From: Methanomassiliicoccales archaeon
GTDB lineage: Archaea > Thermoplasmatota > Thermoplasmata > Methanomassiliicoccales > UBA472
Assembly: GCA_028682915.1 (NCBI GenBank)
Contig: JAJRAN010000135.1
Coordinates: forward strand, 1 to 56,369
Direction of reading: 5' to 3'
Length of the DNA stretch: 56,369 bases
Numbering within the stretch: the stretch's first letter is position 1; every line of letters begins with the position of its first letter. The notes beneath the pieces are model-generated. The model was not told where the DNA came from. It searched no databases and saw only the letters and a program-made list of their open reading frames with translations. Shown here in pieces: positions 45,951 to 56,007 of the stretch. A program made the position numbers and the translations under genes.

Positions 45951-46274
45951 TCAGAGCGCCTTCTTCAGTACCGCCTCTATCTCTTCCTTAGGCACGAGCC
46001 CGACGATGCTCTCGACCACCTCTCCATCCTTTATGAAGAGCAGGGTGGGAATGGCCAGCACCTTGAATCGTTTGACCAGCTCGGGGTTGCTGTCGCAGTC
46101 CATCTTCCCGAAGGCGGCCTTGGCCGAGTTCTCCTCAGCCACCTTGTCGAATATCGGGGCCATCTGCCTACAGGGCCCGCACCAGTTGGCCCAGCAATCG
46201 ATCACCAGCTTGGGGTGTTCCCTGGCGATGCCCTCATAGCTATCCTTTGTGACCTCGAGCGTGTGCTTGGACAT
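45951..46274 (-). CDS. trxA: Thioredoxin
   Basis: WANWCGPC, IPTLL. Confidence 0.95.
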   Translation of the reverse strand: MSKHTLEVTKDSYEGIAREHPKLVIDCWANWCGPCRQMAPIFDKVAEENSAKAAFGKMDCDSNPELVKRFKVLAIPTLLFIKDGEVVESIVGLVPKEEIEAVLKKAL

Positions 46275-46389
46275 TCTATCGGACGACTATCGCCCCGGCA
46301 AGATAACTAGTTTGCCGAGGGACCGTACTCCCTTGAAAGGGAACGACCAGGGTCAGATGGAAGGATGTAAAAATGGAGAAGGGGTTTTC

Positions 46390-47163
46390 TCATTTCTTGC
46401 GGCGCTTGCTAGCAGGTCGCTTGTAGACGAAATAGGCGACGAGCAAGAAGATCATTATGCCACCGATGAGGATGGCGTTCATGCTCCCGTAGTCGCCCAT
46501 GCCGACCCAGACGGTCTGAGAGAATATCGTCCCGCCCGATTCGAAACGGACGAACTGACCGTTGGGGTCCAGCTGCACCGAGACCTCGTGCTGCCCCTTG
46601 CCCACGCTCTCGGTCCAATTGTAGATGACCACCTTTGACCCGCTAGCCGTCAAATCTATCTCCCTCTCTTCTAACAGCTTGCCGTCGGCATAGAAGTAGA
46701 CGGGCACGCCAGACAGGGCGACCGACCCTTGGTTCACGACCTTGGCAGTGATGACGATGGGCACGACCGATTTGACGTAATAAGGCATGGTCGCGACCAT
46801 CTTCGCCCCCGCGTTCGATGTGGAGGTGACGTTCACCACGATGGTCATTTCGGTGGCGGCGCTCGGGGCCGTGAAGTTGAACTGGAACACGCCACTGGAC
46901 GACTTGCCATTGGCTGGCGATATGATGGCATCGGCCACGTTCTGCCCTTCGACGGTGACGATGAAGGAGTAATTGCCTCCAAACTCCTCCGCGGGACCGC
47001 CCACGGCGGTAACGAAGTAGGTATTGGTCTCGTCGATGGCCACGGTCGACTTGCCCTCGACCTTGATATGGATAGGTGCGGTCGCATCAACCATCGGCGA
47101 CGCGAGCATGACTCCTCCCAGTAAAAGCAGGAGGAGGGCGATGACGCTCAGCGCTTTTTGCGT
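46390..47163 (-). CDS. CARDB/Ig-like domain membrane-anchored surface protein
   Basis: ITAKVVNQG, VYFYADG, YNW, G.HEV.V.LDP CARDB pattern; C-terminal TM plus basic tail. First ATG is 47109, but the signal peptide extends in frame to ACG at 47163. Confidence 0.8.
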   Translation of the reverse strand, partial: TQKALSVIALLLLLLGGVMLASPMVDATAPIHIKVEGKSTVAIDETNTYFVTAVGGPAEEFGGNYSFIVTVEGQNVADAIISPANGKSSSGVFQFNFTAPSAATEMTIVVNVTSTSNAGAKMVATMPYYVKSVVPIVITAKVVNQGSVALSGVPVYFYADGKLLEEREIDLTASGSKVVIYNWTESVGKGQHEVSVQLDPNGQFVRFESGGTIFSQTVWVGMGDYGSMNAILIGGIMIFLLVAYFVYKRPASKRRKK

Positions 47164-50100
47164 TTTAGCACCCCCTTCTGTATGATCACCAGGATCAGAA
47201 TGGTCGACACCGCAAAGAGCAGACCTAGCAGGGCCAAGGTAAAGAGCGGGATCTCAGGGGCCTGCGTGGAGACGCCGTTCCCAGTCACCGATAGCCCGCC
47301 TGGAATGTTGAACGCGGGCAACGACGGCTCGAACTCCAACACGGTGTAAGTTCCGGACGATCCCTTTGAGGCCGCGTTTAGAACTACCGTCACCTGCCCA
47401 TCGGGGTTCTCGCGGATGGGCGTGAGGCGAAGCTCGAAGTTGCTCTTGCTGCCAGACGACAGCAGGGCGGTGAGGTTGTTTGACCAGGTCCCTCCGCTCA
47501 GGCGGACCTGCGCCTCCCAACCCCATGTGGCAAGCTCTTCGGAGTTGGTGACCGTAATGACATAGGTGTCATCGACGTTCCCAGTGTTGGTCAGGGACAT
47601 CTTGTACTCATAGTCCTCGCCCGTGGTGGCCTGAGCCGAGACGTAACTCATGCTAACGGAATAGCTCGGGACGATGCCGACATCCATGTTGACCGTGTCC
47701 GACTTGGTGCTGTGGGATGACAATGCCCTTATGGTGACGCTCTGGTGGCTCACCTTCGCGTTCGCCGGAGTGGTTATGGTCACGGTCACCAGCTGAGAGT
47801 TGGACGTCCCGAAGCCCACGGAAACGGGATTCTGCGAGAAGGCCACGGTCCACCCTGACGCCGCTGTCTGGACGCTTAAGGTGTAGGAGTCCGCAGAATT
47901 GCCGGTGTTGATCACTCTGAGGTTGTACGAGACGCTCTCGCCCGCCTCCACGGTACGTCTCTCCGTGGTGTCCCATTGGAGGTCCACGCCATAATCGGCC
48001 ACCTTGACCAGGTTGATGATGCTGCTCTGGCTGTCCTGAAGGTTCAGAGTGAACTCGGAGCTGTACTCCGCGCTCGCTCCCTGCTCCACGCCACTTCCGG
48101 TGGCTCTGACCTGATAGACGTCTGGTGGCAGGTAGACCTCGAAGCTTCCATCGGCTGCGCTCGTGAGCGTCTTGTAGTTCTCGCTGGAGAACTCGAGGAC
48201 GGCTGGACCGGCGATCCCGCCCAGCTGGGTGACTCCGAAGTACCTGACCCCTGGCACTAGATCGAAGTTCAAATTGGTGCTCGTGTATGGCGCAATGTCG
48301 ATCGTGCCCATGAACACGGCAGGTCCGCTAATCTCCTTGATGTAGATGGAGTAGTTACCAGGGGCCAGTTCGGTCGTATAGCCTGAGGCGGTACCGGTGG
48401 CGTTGGTCCAGATTGCCGTGCTTGAGCTCGGGACGAACTCAAGGGTAGCGGCCACGTTCTGGCCGGATACCCTTACCGTTCCAGATATCGTGCTGTTGTC
48501 AAGCTGCTTCTGCACCGGGACGGTCAACGACTTGGTGGAGTTGACAACGAAGCTAAGGGAGCCTTGGTACCGGACGTAGCGGTCCTTGGTTTCGAGGACC
48601 TCTTGCGTCCTGTAATCGACCGTGGCCACATAGCTTCCCGCAGGCAGATAGGTGGTGAAGGACCCAGCGACGCTCGTGGTAAGCGTGAGATCGCCTCCTA
48701 AGACGTTCGATATCACCACCGGGGCGATGGCGGTAATCGTTTTACCGTCGGCCTTCACAGTGCCTTGGATGAAGTAGGCCACCTGGTTCACCAGCTCGAT
48801 AGAGTTGGCGCCGTTGACGATGGTCTCGTTCACCAGCGTGGCATAACGAGATCCGAGTTTTTCGATGAGGACGTAGAAGCTATAGTTCCCTGGCTGCAAG
48901 TAGGTCGAGAACGTTCCCGTCGCCCTGAGCTCCTTGGAGTCGGGGCCGGAGATGGTGATCTTTGCCTGAGCGCTACGGTCGGGGGTGATCGCCCCGGTGA
49001 CCAGGTAACGCTTGACCAATTCGATATTGAGCAAGGATGGGTCCGAGCCCACGCTCACCGTGAGCGAAGCCCCGTATTGGTACTTCGAGACGTTGTTGCC
49101 GGCCACCACATCCTGGTCCGCAAGGACCTGGTAGACACCAGGCTTAAGCTGGATGCCGATCAAGCCCCCTGCAGAGCTGGTCGCTGTCAGGGACTGGGCC
49201 GAGCCGCTGGTCGCATCGAAGGTGATGTTGACGCCCGGCATGGTGGCTCCCTCGAAGGTGACGACTGCGGTGACGGTACGGTTGACGGCGACCATTTGAA
49301 CGTTCTCGGTCTTCGAGCCCGAGAGCTGGGAGAAGGATTTCGTATGAGGGAAGTAGCCGTCCAGGTCGACCGCCAAATCATAGTTCTTGCCTGGGGCCAG
49401 CTGGAACTCGTACTTCCCGCTGCTGTCCGTCTCCTTGACTATGACCCGACCGTCGACGTCCATTACCTGGACCGGTACGCCAGACATAGCCTCCGCAGAG
49501 TCCATTACCGAGTCGCCATCGGCGTCGTACCAGACTGTACCAGATATCCTGGCGGAGCTGGAAAGGCTCAAGGTCAACGGGCCGGAGCTGGTCACGGTCA
49601 CATCGCCCCAATAGGCCCCTCCCGACTCTCCGTTGTAAACGAAGTATACATCGTTCGGTATGAGCAACCGGAACTGGCCGGTGGAGTTGGTGATGGCGCT
49701 GATGACCGCCCCATTGGACCGGGATTCGAAACGGATGGTCAAGCCGCTAAGGACAGAGGTGCCCTGGACATTGCCTTGGACGTAGTAGGCGGGGACCAGC
49801 AGGGGGTTGAGGGACAGCGTTCCTGAGCTCTTCGCCAGTTGGTTCAGGTAGGCGAAGTCGATTCCGTTCAGGCTGGCCATGATGTGCATGTCGTATTGAC
49901 CGGCGGGTATGCTGGCGGAGTATCGGCCCGCGGAATCGGCTTGGACCACGTAGGTCGATTCTTCATTGTATATGGAGATCGTGGCGTTGGAAGCCACAAT
50001 CCCTGTGGAGAGCCAGGCTTGTCCATTGATGGTCATGACGTCCTTCACCGTGAGCGATTCGCTTACGGTCTCGCCGTTGGTGAGGTTGTACTTCAGCTGC

Positions 50101-53100
50101 CCCAAGGTGGTTCCGCTGACGCCTGAGAGAAGCTCGTAGGTGCCATAGACCAGGTCATTGAAGGCGAACTTGCCCGAGCTGTCAGTGGTCGCGGTTGTCG
50201 TCGTCCCATTGGTGTAATCGACCAGCTCCACCTCGAACCCTGCGGCCTTGGTGCCGTCCGTGTACGAGATCGTGCCTTTGATGGTGGCTGGCTTGATGGC
50301 TATGTCCACCGTGGTGTCGGCTAATGGCATCAATTGAACGCTCTTAGGGGTGGTGGGATGGCCATCGACGATGGCATAGACCTGGGCATCGACAGCGGGA
50401 ACGTAGCTTATCAAATACCCGCTATCCGTCGAAGTCGTCTGCGCCTTGAAGCCTAGGTCCTGGTTCTCGGCGACGACTGTAGCACCCGAGATGATGGTGT
50501 CCGTTCCACTGGTGTATGCTCCGTCACCGTCGACGTCCCAATAAACATTGCCATTCAGGTTAGTGCTGGCTATGGACATGTCGCCGTTGATGTGATACTC
50601 GGTTTGCCTCATCGCCTGGGAGTAGCTTACGGTCGTTTTTGTGCGGGTGAGCTCTGTGCCCATCAGGGTTCTCTTGTCGAGCTCGCCGTACGAATATACT
50701 ATCTTGACCTCCCCGAAGGGGGCGATCAAGGAGTAGCGTCCCTCTGAATCGGTCTGGACGTAATCATGCGGTATGCCGTACTCGTCGAGCACGGTCACCC
50801 ATAGTCCCGGATAGGGGAGGCCGGAGTCGGTGGTCACTTGCCCTTCGATGATGGCTCCATCGTAATATTGCACGAACACGATGCCCTGTGCCAGGTCGTA
50901 GGCGGACACGTCTACCACGCCCATTGCCTCACCAGCGGCGATCTGTTTCTGCAGCTCGAGGGCCTCATCGTAGGATATGGCCTTCCAGGCATCGGTGTGG
51001 TTGGCCACCTCCTCCTCTGGGTATGGGTTGTAATATGCGGTCTTGTAGACCATGCGGAAGTGGGTCTGGTTCCAGGCTTGCATTGGGGGCAGGCTAGCTA
51101 ATGAACCGGAGAAGCCAGGTATGCCCTGCTCGCTATAGCCGATGTCGTAGGGACCATAACCCATGAAAGCGCGGTAAAGCATGGTCTGATAGAACAGATC
51201 CGTGTACACGATCGAATAGTCGGTTATGGTCATGTCCGAGGTGACCTCGTCTAGCGGTATCGTCTCCTCGACGTTGCTGGCGGTGATCACCGTAGCGTAG
51301 ATCTGATAGAAGTCCACGGGGCTGTTACTTACTTCCGATATTTCGTGATCCGACAGCTTGCATGGAGCATAGAAGATGTTGTATCCTGTCGCAGAGAAGG
51401 GGAAGAGGCGCGAGTCGATCGCGAAGTAGCCGATGTCCGAGCCAGTGATCTCGCGTATATCATGATACAGGGACGCGCATTGCTCCTCACCGATCTTGGC
51501 TATCTCCACCCTGGAGGCGACGTATTTCGCGTTGAGGGCGGAGAGGTCCTGGGTGAAATTGCCGTAGACGTCAGGGTTCGCCAGGACGACCGATATGTAG
51601 GGTGAAGGGTTCTCCAGGATGCTCCTGAGCTCGACCATGTCGACGCCGTGGGATACCATGGCGTCGGAGATGGCGGATCCCTCACTGATGTCTCCGTATT
51701 CGATGCATCTGGTGATCAGCATGGCGATGGCTTGGTTCTCGTCAGTGCAGGTGATGTAGTTGCCTGCGAACTGGTAGCCGTTCTGGAAGTTATCAGCCAC
51801 CGTGGGGTGGTCTCCAGCCTGCACCGCCTCGAACCCATAGTCCCACCAGGACAGGAAGGCAGGTCGTTCAGTCACGGCGAGATCGACGTCTTGATCACTA
51901 TACCAATCCCATGCCGCCGGGAAGTATTGAGATGGCAAGGGCAGGCTGTAGCCGAAGGCCCCCAAGTACCAGGGCGCTTTATAGTCCGTCGGTCTCAGGA
52001 CCTGGGGCATGGCGTCGTATATCTGGTTATCATAAGTTTCCTTGTACTCGGAGGGTATGCCAGCGTCCACGGCCCCCCATACGTTGGGCACAAGCACGAG
52101 CATGAGCACGAAGAACACGGCCAAGACGTACTTCACGTTGAAGACCTTCCTCAACCAGGTGAACGGGTTCTTGGTCATGCTCGCCGAGGACACGCCCTTG
52201 GGGTAGTCCTGGAATCGAACGGCGTCGATTATGAGGACCAGGACCCAGGCACCCATGACCGCGAAGGCGGGGGCGGCGTTGAACAGGAACCTGCCGGCGG
52301 AGGCGGCCATGAATATGGCGGTGGCCGTCCAGACCACCAGGAAGACGAAGTAGGCGGCGAGGTTCTTCGGTATCTTTATCAGCGCATATCCGATGCCGGC
52401 GAGAGCAAGCCAGAAGGTCACGATTCCGAAGGACATGGCCAAGGTGGAGAAGTTGGGGGCCTGGGCCTCGGATATGGTGGAATAGAGCTTGCTCTTCACC
52501 AGGTAGCCTTGCCCGGTGATTATTGCGTCGAACAGGTTGGGCGAGACGAAGGAGATGACCGTCAGGCCAACTACCGCGATGATGATGAAGATTGGCAATA
52601 TCAGGACCCATGGCAGGTCCCGGGTGAGGGTGAACATCGCTCCCACCACCATCATGGCCAGGAACAGGATGAGCGGAACAACGAACCAGGTATACCAATA
52701 ATCCATCACCCAGTACAATGGGAATATGAGCAAGAAGGCCAGTCCGAGCATGATGGATACGTTGATCCAAACTCCCATCGAATCTGTCTTCTTGAAGAGG
52801 TTGATCATGAGCTGGACCAGGAAATATACCAGCACGATGATCAGGATGTACATGTATCCAGTCCAGATGAATGCCACCGCGGCCACGCACACTCCCGCGA
52901 GGGCCGCATAGATGACCGAAACCTGATTGGCCTTGAAGTATTGACCTAGGCCGGAGGTGATGGCCTTGCGCCCCCTCCAGTTGGAGACCCACTTATCCCC
53001 CACGATGCTCTTCAAGCTCATCAGTAGGAAGTAGAAGCAGAACACCACGAGGAAGAGTACCATGGCGTCGTGGTCCGCCTCCGATGCCACGGAGCGCTCG

Positions 53101-53636
53101 ATGTGCGCCGGCATCATGGCGAATAGGAAGGCCGCGGCCAGTCCCACCTTCCTTCCGAAGGCCTGCCTGCCGATCATGTAGACTGGAATGCAGGTCAGGG
53201 CGCCCCAGAAGGCCGTGGCGGAGACCAAGGTGAAGCCAGTGCTGTCAGATACAGGGCTACCTGTGACACTGGACATGACCATACCGGTCACTGCCACCGA
53301 CCAGTCGAAGAGCGGTGGGCGTGGGTTCCTCAGATCCCATGGATAGTTGAGCAGGGTATCTGTGTAGAGGTGGTGGCCCGTTTGAGTGACATAGTCGATG
53401 ACGCGCTCGTGGTAGTATGAGTCGGAACCTCCCGAGACGAGGTAGCCGTTGTCAATCGAGGGGCCAAGGACAAAATAGCTCCTTACGAAGAAGGCCAGCA
53501 GCACTATGAAGACCAGGATGGCTGCTGTGCGCCAATTCTGCCTCAGCCAGGTGCTAGACCCTTTGCCGAGACCGCTGAGAAAATTCAGGCGGCTCCGCTT
53601 CGTGGGGCCACCTGACCCTCCCTCAATAGATGCCAT
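47148..53636 (-). CDS. aglB: Oligosaccharyltransferase AglB/STT3 with a ~1250-aa C-terminal beta-sandwich extension
   Basis: GSDSYYH, ADHD, TISE and SWWDYG motifs, many TM helices; then tandem carboxypeptidase-regulatory-like repeats, two NEW3/CARDB-like domains (V.NTGN..D.Y), a final TM and KRKKR. Confidence 0.92.
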   Translation of the reverse strand: MASIEGGSGGPTKRSRLNFLSGLGKGSSTWLRQNWRTAAILVFIVLLAFFVRSYFVLGPSIDNGYLVSGGSDSYYHERVIDYVTQTGHHLYTDTLLNYPWDLRNPRPPLFDWSVAVTGMVMSSVTGSPVSDSTGFTLVSATAFWGALTCIPVYMIGRQAFGRKVGLAAAFLFAMMPAHIERSVASEADHDAMVLFLVVFCFYFLLMSLKSIVGDKWVSNWRGRKAITSGLGQYFKANQVSVIYAALAGVCVAAVAFIWTGYMYILIIVLVYFLVQLMINLFKKTDSMGVWINVSIMLGLAFLLIFPLYWVMDYWYTWFVVPLILFLAMMVVGAMFTLTRDLPWVLILPIFIIIAVVGLTVISFVSPNLFDAIITGQGYLVKSKLYSTISEAQAPNFSTLAMSFGIVTFWLALAGIGYALIKIPKNLAAYFVFLVVWTATAIFMAASAGRFLFNAAPAFAVMGAWVLVLIIDAVRFQDYPKGVSSASMTKNPFTWLRKVFNVKYVLAVFFVLMLVLVPNVWGAVDAGIPSEYKETYDNQIYDAMPQVLRPTDYKAPWYLGAFGYSLPLPSQYFPAAWDWYSDQDVDLAVTERPAFLSWWDYGFEAVQAGDHPTVADNFQNGYQFAGNYITCTDENQAIAMLITRCIEYGDISEGSAISDAMVSHGVDMVELRSILENPSPYISVVLANPDVYGNFTQDLSALNAKYVASRVEIAKIGEEQCASLYHDIREITGSDIGYFAIDSRLFPFSATGYNIFYAPCKLSDHEISEVSNSPVDFYQIYATVITASNVEETIPLDEVTSDMTITDYSIVYTDLFYQTMLYRAFMGYGPYDIGYSEQGIPGFSGSLASLPPMQAWNQTHFRMVYKTAYYNPYPEEEVANHTDAWKAISYDEALELQKQIAAGEAMGVVDVSAYDLAQGIVFVQYYDGAIIEGQVTTDSGLPYPGLWVTVLDEYGIPHDYVQTDSEGRYSLIAPFGEVKIVYSYGELDKRTLMGTELTRTKTTVSYSQAMRQTEYHINGDMSIASTNLNGNVYWDVDGDGAYTSGTDTIISGATVVAENQDLGFKAQTTSTDSGYLISYVPAVDAQVYAIVDGHPTTPKSVQLMPLADTTVDIAIKPATIKGTISYTDGTKAAGFEVELVDYTNGTTTTATTDSSGKFAFNDLVYGTYELLSGVSGTTLGQLKYNLTNGETVSESLTVKDVMTINGQAWLSTGIVASNATISIYNEESTYVVQADSAGRYSASIPAGQYDMHIMASLNGIDFAYLNQLAKSSGTLSLNPLLVPAYYVQGNVQGTSVLSGLTIRFESRSNGAVISAITNSTGQFRLLIPNDVYFVYNGESGGAYWGDVTVTSSGPLTLSLSSSARISGTVWYDADGDSVMDSAEAMSGVPVQVMDVDGRVIVKETDSSGKYEFQLAPGKNYDLAVDLDGYFPHTKSFSQLSGSKTENVQMVAVNRTVTAVVTFEGATMPGVNITFDATSGSAQSLTATSSAGGLIGIQLKPGVYQVLADQDVVAGNNVSKYQYGASLTVSVGSDPSLLNIELVKRYLVTGAITPDRSAQAKITISGPDSKELRATGTFSTYLQPGNYSFYVLIEKLGSRYATLVNETIVNGANSIELVNQVAYFIQGTVKADGKTITAIAPVVISNVLGGDLTLTTSVAGSFTTYLPAGSYVATVDYRTQEVLETKDRYVRYQGSLSFVVNSTKSLTVPVQKQLDNSTISGTVRVSGQNVAATLEFVPSSSTAIWTNATGTASGYTTELAPGNYSIYIKEISGPAVFMGTIDIAPYTSTNLNFDLVPGVRYFGVTQLGGIAGPAVLEFSSENYKTLTSAADGSFEVYLPPDVYQVRATGSGVEQGASAEYSSEFTLNLQDSQSSIINLVKVADYGVDLQWDTTERRTVEAGESVSYNLRVINTGNSADSYTLSVQTAASGWTVAFSQNPVSVGFGTSNSQLVTVTITTPANAKVSHQSVTIRALSSHSTKSDTVNMDVGIVPSYSVSMSYVSAQATTGEDYEYKMSLTNTGNVDDTYVITVTNSEELATWGWEAQVRLSGGTWSNNLTALLSSGSKSNFELRLTPIRENPDGQVTVVLNAASKGSSGTYTVLEFEPSLPAFNIPGGLSVTGNGVSTQAPEIPLFTLALLGLLFAVSTILILVIIQKGVLKRKKR

Positions 53637-53746
53637 CAACTATCTCCTAGGAATTGACAACAGATTACAAAACCACTATAAATACGTTCTTTCAAGGACG
53701 AGGCAAAAAATCGCATTCTGGCTGATTGTCCGGGAATGGGCTTTCC

Positions 53747-54397
53747 TTACCCTTTCAAGGCCGATTTTATGTCGTTGACAAAGGCGCTCGCGGCTGCCCT
53801 CGGATCAGGGTCGCCGTAGATGCTTCGGCCGACGATGACGTAGTCAGCGCCATGCCTGATAGCGTCCGATGCGCTCCCTCCCTGCGCCCCTACTCCCGGG
53901 GAGAGGATCAGAAGCCTTCCGATGACGGAACGCAAATGAGCGATCCGCTCGGGCCTGGTCGCCGGTGCGATCACTCCGCTGGCACCAACCTCCACCGCGA
54001 GCTTGGCCAGCTGATCGGCCATGGGGGCGGTGAACTCCTTTCCGCCTGGATGGCTCATCTCCGTGACGACGAACACGTCCTTCCCTTTGGCGGCGTCCAC
54101 TACGGCTTTGGCAGAGTCGTGCCCCACGAACCCCTGGACGATTATGCCAGAAGCCCCGCGGCGGAAGGTCTCTTCAGCGATCAAACGGTTAGTGTTGGGG
54201 ATGTCGGCCACCTTGAAATCGCAGATGACCGGGGCCAATACGGAAAGCTTGGTGATCATCTCCGGACCGCCGGAAAGCACCAGGGGCCAGTTGATCTTGA
54301 TGGCGTCCACCTGTTTCTTGACCTCGGTGGCGATGGCCAGGGCTTTGTCGACATCCGTCTCGTCCAAGGCCAATATCAACCGGGTGGACCGCAACAT
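53747..54397 (-). CDS. pyrF: Orotidine 5'-phosphate decarboxylase
   Basis: ILALD, DFKVADIPNT, MSHPG, SPGVGAQGG, IVGRSI. Confidence 0.97.
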   Translation of the reverse strand: MLRSTRLILALDETDVDKALAIATEVKKQVDAIKINWPLVLSGGPEMITKLSVLAPVICDFKVADIPNTNRLIAEETFRRGASGIIVQGFVGHDSAKAVVDAAKGKDVFVVTEMSHPGGKEFTAPMADQLAKLAVEVGASGVIAPATRPERIAHLRSVIGRLLILSPGVGAQGGSASDAIRHGADYVIVGRSIYGDPDPRAAASAFVNDIKSALKG

Positions 54398-54482
54398 GAG
54401 CTTCCTGAGGAACAGCGAATCCCCTGGATAAAAGCATAGCCTTCGGCAAAGGTTGATATGCCGACTTGCCCTGGGACAAGGC

Positions 54483-55580
54483 ATGAAGCCCAAGGTCTTG
54501 GAGGCTGGCTCGGCCTACACCCGCTCGCTTCCGACCGGGTGCAAGCGCTGCCGCCAAGGCTCGAAGATGGTGCTCCTGGTGACCGGAAAATGCCAGAGCG
54601 GGTGTTTCTACTGCCCGCTGTCCCAGACGAAAAAGGGCAAGGAAGTCATCTTCGCGGATGAGATGGCCGTGGATGGGCCAGAGGACGTGCTCCATGAGGC
54701 GAAATTGATCAAGGCCAAGGGCACGGGAATCACCGGTGGAGATCCCCTGGACAATTTAGAGGCGGTGCTCGGCTTTATCCGCCTGCTGAAGTCCACCTTC
54801 GGGCAGGGACATCACGTCCACCTTTACACGGCGACGATAGACAAAGCCGCCTTCCATGCCCTCCAGGACGCGGGATTGGACGAGCTCCGCATTCACCCTC
54901 CACTACGGCTCTGGAAGAGGATGGGCGGAAGCGGCCTCGCGGAAGCGGTCAATGATCTGGACGTCACGGTCGGGCTGGAGGTCCCCGCCCTGCCGGGAGA
55001 GGAATCCTCCTTGGAAGCTCTGATTCGATACGCGGACTCGATCGGGCTGGACTTCGTCAACCTGAACGAGCTGGAGTTCTCGGAGACCAATTACCTGGCG
55101 CTGCACCGCAAAGGGATCGAGGTGAAGGACGACATCTCCGCGGCGGCCAAGGGAAGCGAGGCGCTGGCGAAGAAGATGCTCGAGCTGGACGTCCGTGTCC
55201 CCGTGCACTATTGCTCGTCCTCCTTCAAGGACTCGGTGCAGCTGCGCAACCGCCTGAGGCGGCGGGCCAAGAGCGTGGCGAGGAAGGGCGACGTCATCAC
55301 CGAGGAAGGGACCTTGCTGAAGGGGGTGGTGGAGGCGGAGAATTCCGAGCGGGCCCTCCGGTTGCTGAAGGGGGTCTATGACGTCCCTGACGATCTCTTG
55401 TCCAAGGATGAGAGGACGGGAAGGCTCGAGGTAGCCCCTTGGATCCTAAGGGAGCTGGAGGGGGAGCTTCCGTTCGATTCCTTCATCGTCGAGGAGTACC
55501 CGACCGCCGACCGCCTGGAGGTGGAGCGCGAGCTGCTCCTCGGGAAAAGGAAAAAGGATAGGAAGGCCCGAGCGCGCTAG
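54483..55580 (+). CDS. Uncharacterised radical SAM protein (COG2108-like)
   Basis: GCKRC..G.KMVL.VTG.CQSGCFYCP, TGGDP, DELRIHP, NLNELE. Confidence 0.88.
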   Translation: MKPKVLEAGSAYTRSLPTGCKRCRQGSKMVLLVTGKCQSGCFYCPLSQTKKGKEVIFADEMAVDGPEDVLHEAKLIKAKGTGITGGDPLDNLEAVLGFIRLLKSTFGQGHHVHLYTATIDKAAFHALQDAGLDELRIHPPLRLWKRMGGSGLAEAVNDLDVTVGLEVPALPGEESSLEALIRYADSIGLDFVNLNELEFSETNYLALHRKGIEVKDDISAAAKGSEALAKKMLELDVRVPVHYCSSSFKDSVQLRNRLRRRAKSVARKGDVITEEGTLLKGVVEAENSERALRLLKGVYDVPDDLLSKDERTGRLEVAPWILRELEGELPFDSFIVEEYPTADRLEVERELLLGKRKKDRKARAR

Positions 55581-56002
55581 GCCACTATGATGCTCTGCAC
55601 GTTGTGATGCCTGGCCACGATGTCCCTGGCGATCTTGAGGTTGCGCCCGTTCTTGCCGATCGCCCGCCCCTTGACCTTAGGGTCCACCGTCACGGTGGCA
55701 TGCACGATGTTGCCCCGGTTCTCGATGACCACGCTTTGGACGCCGTAGTTATAGAAGACGTTCTTGATGAACTGCTCGGCGTCGTCGGAGTACTCGATCA
55801 CCTGGATGTTCTTGCCGGTGGTGTTCTTCAGGTGGATGACGTTCTCCCCCGCCTTGCCCACGGCCCGGTTGGCCTGCCCCGGCTCGACCACGAACACCAG
55901 CTTCTCCTCCGTCTCCATGCAGTCCTTGACGTGGGTCTTGGTGACGTTCTCGAAGAGGGTGATGTAGCGCAGGGTGTCTTCGGTCAGTTTTACTTCAGGC
56001 AT
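55577..56002 (-). CDS. nusA: Archaeal NusA (KH-domain transcription factor)
   Basis: YITLFE..T....DC, AVGKAG.N, AIGKNGRN; directly downstream of rpl30e. Start 56002 or 56011. Confidence 0.95.
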   Translation of the reverse strand: MPEVKLTEDTLRYITLFENVTKTHVKDCMETEEKLVFVVEPGQANRAVGKAGENVIHLKNTTGKNIQVIEYSDDAEQFIKNVFYNYGVQSVVIENRGNIVHATVTVDPKVKGRAIGKNGRNLKIARDIVARHHNVQSIIVA

Positions 56003-56007
56003 GAGGA

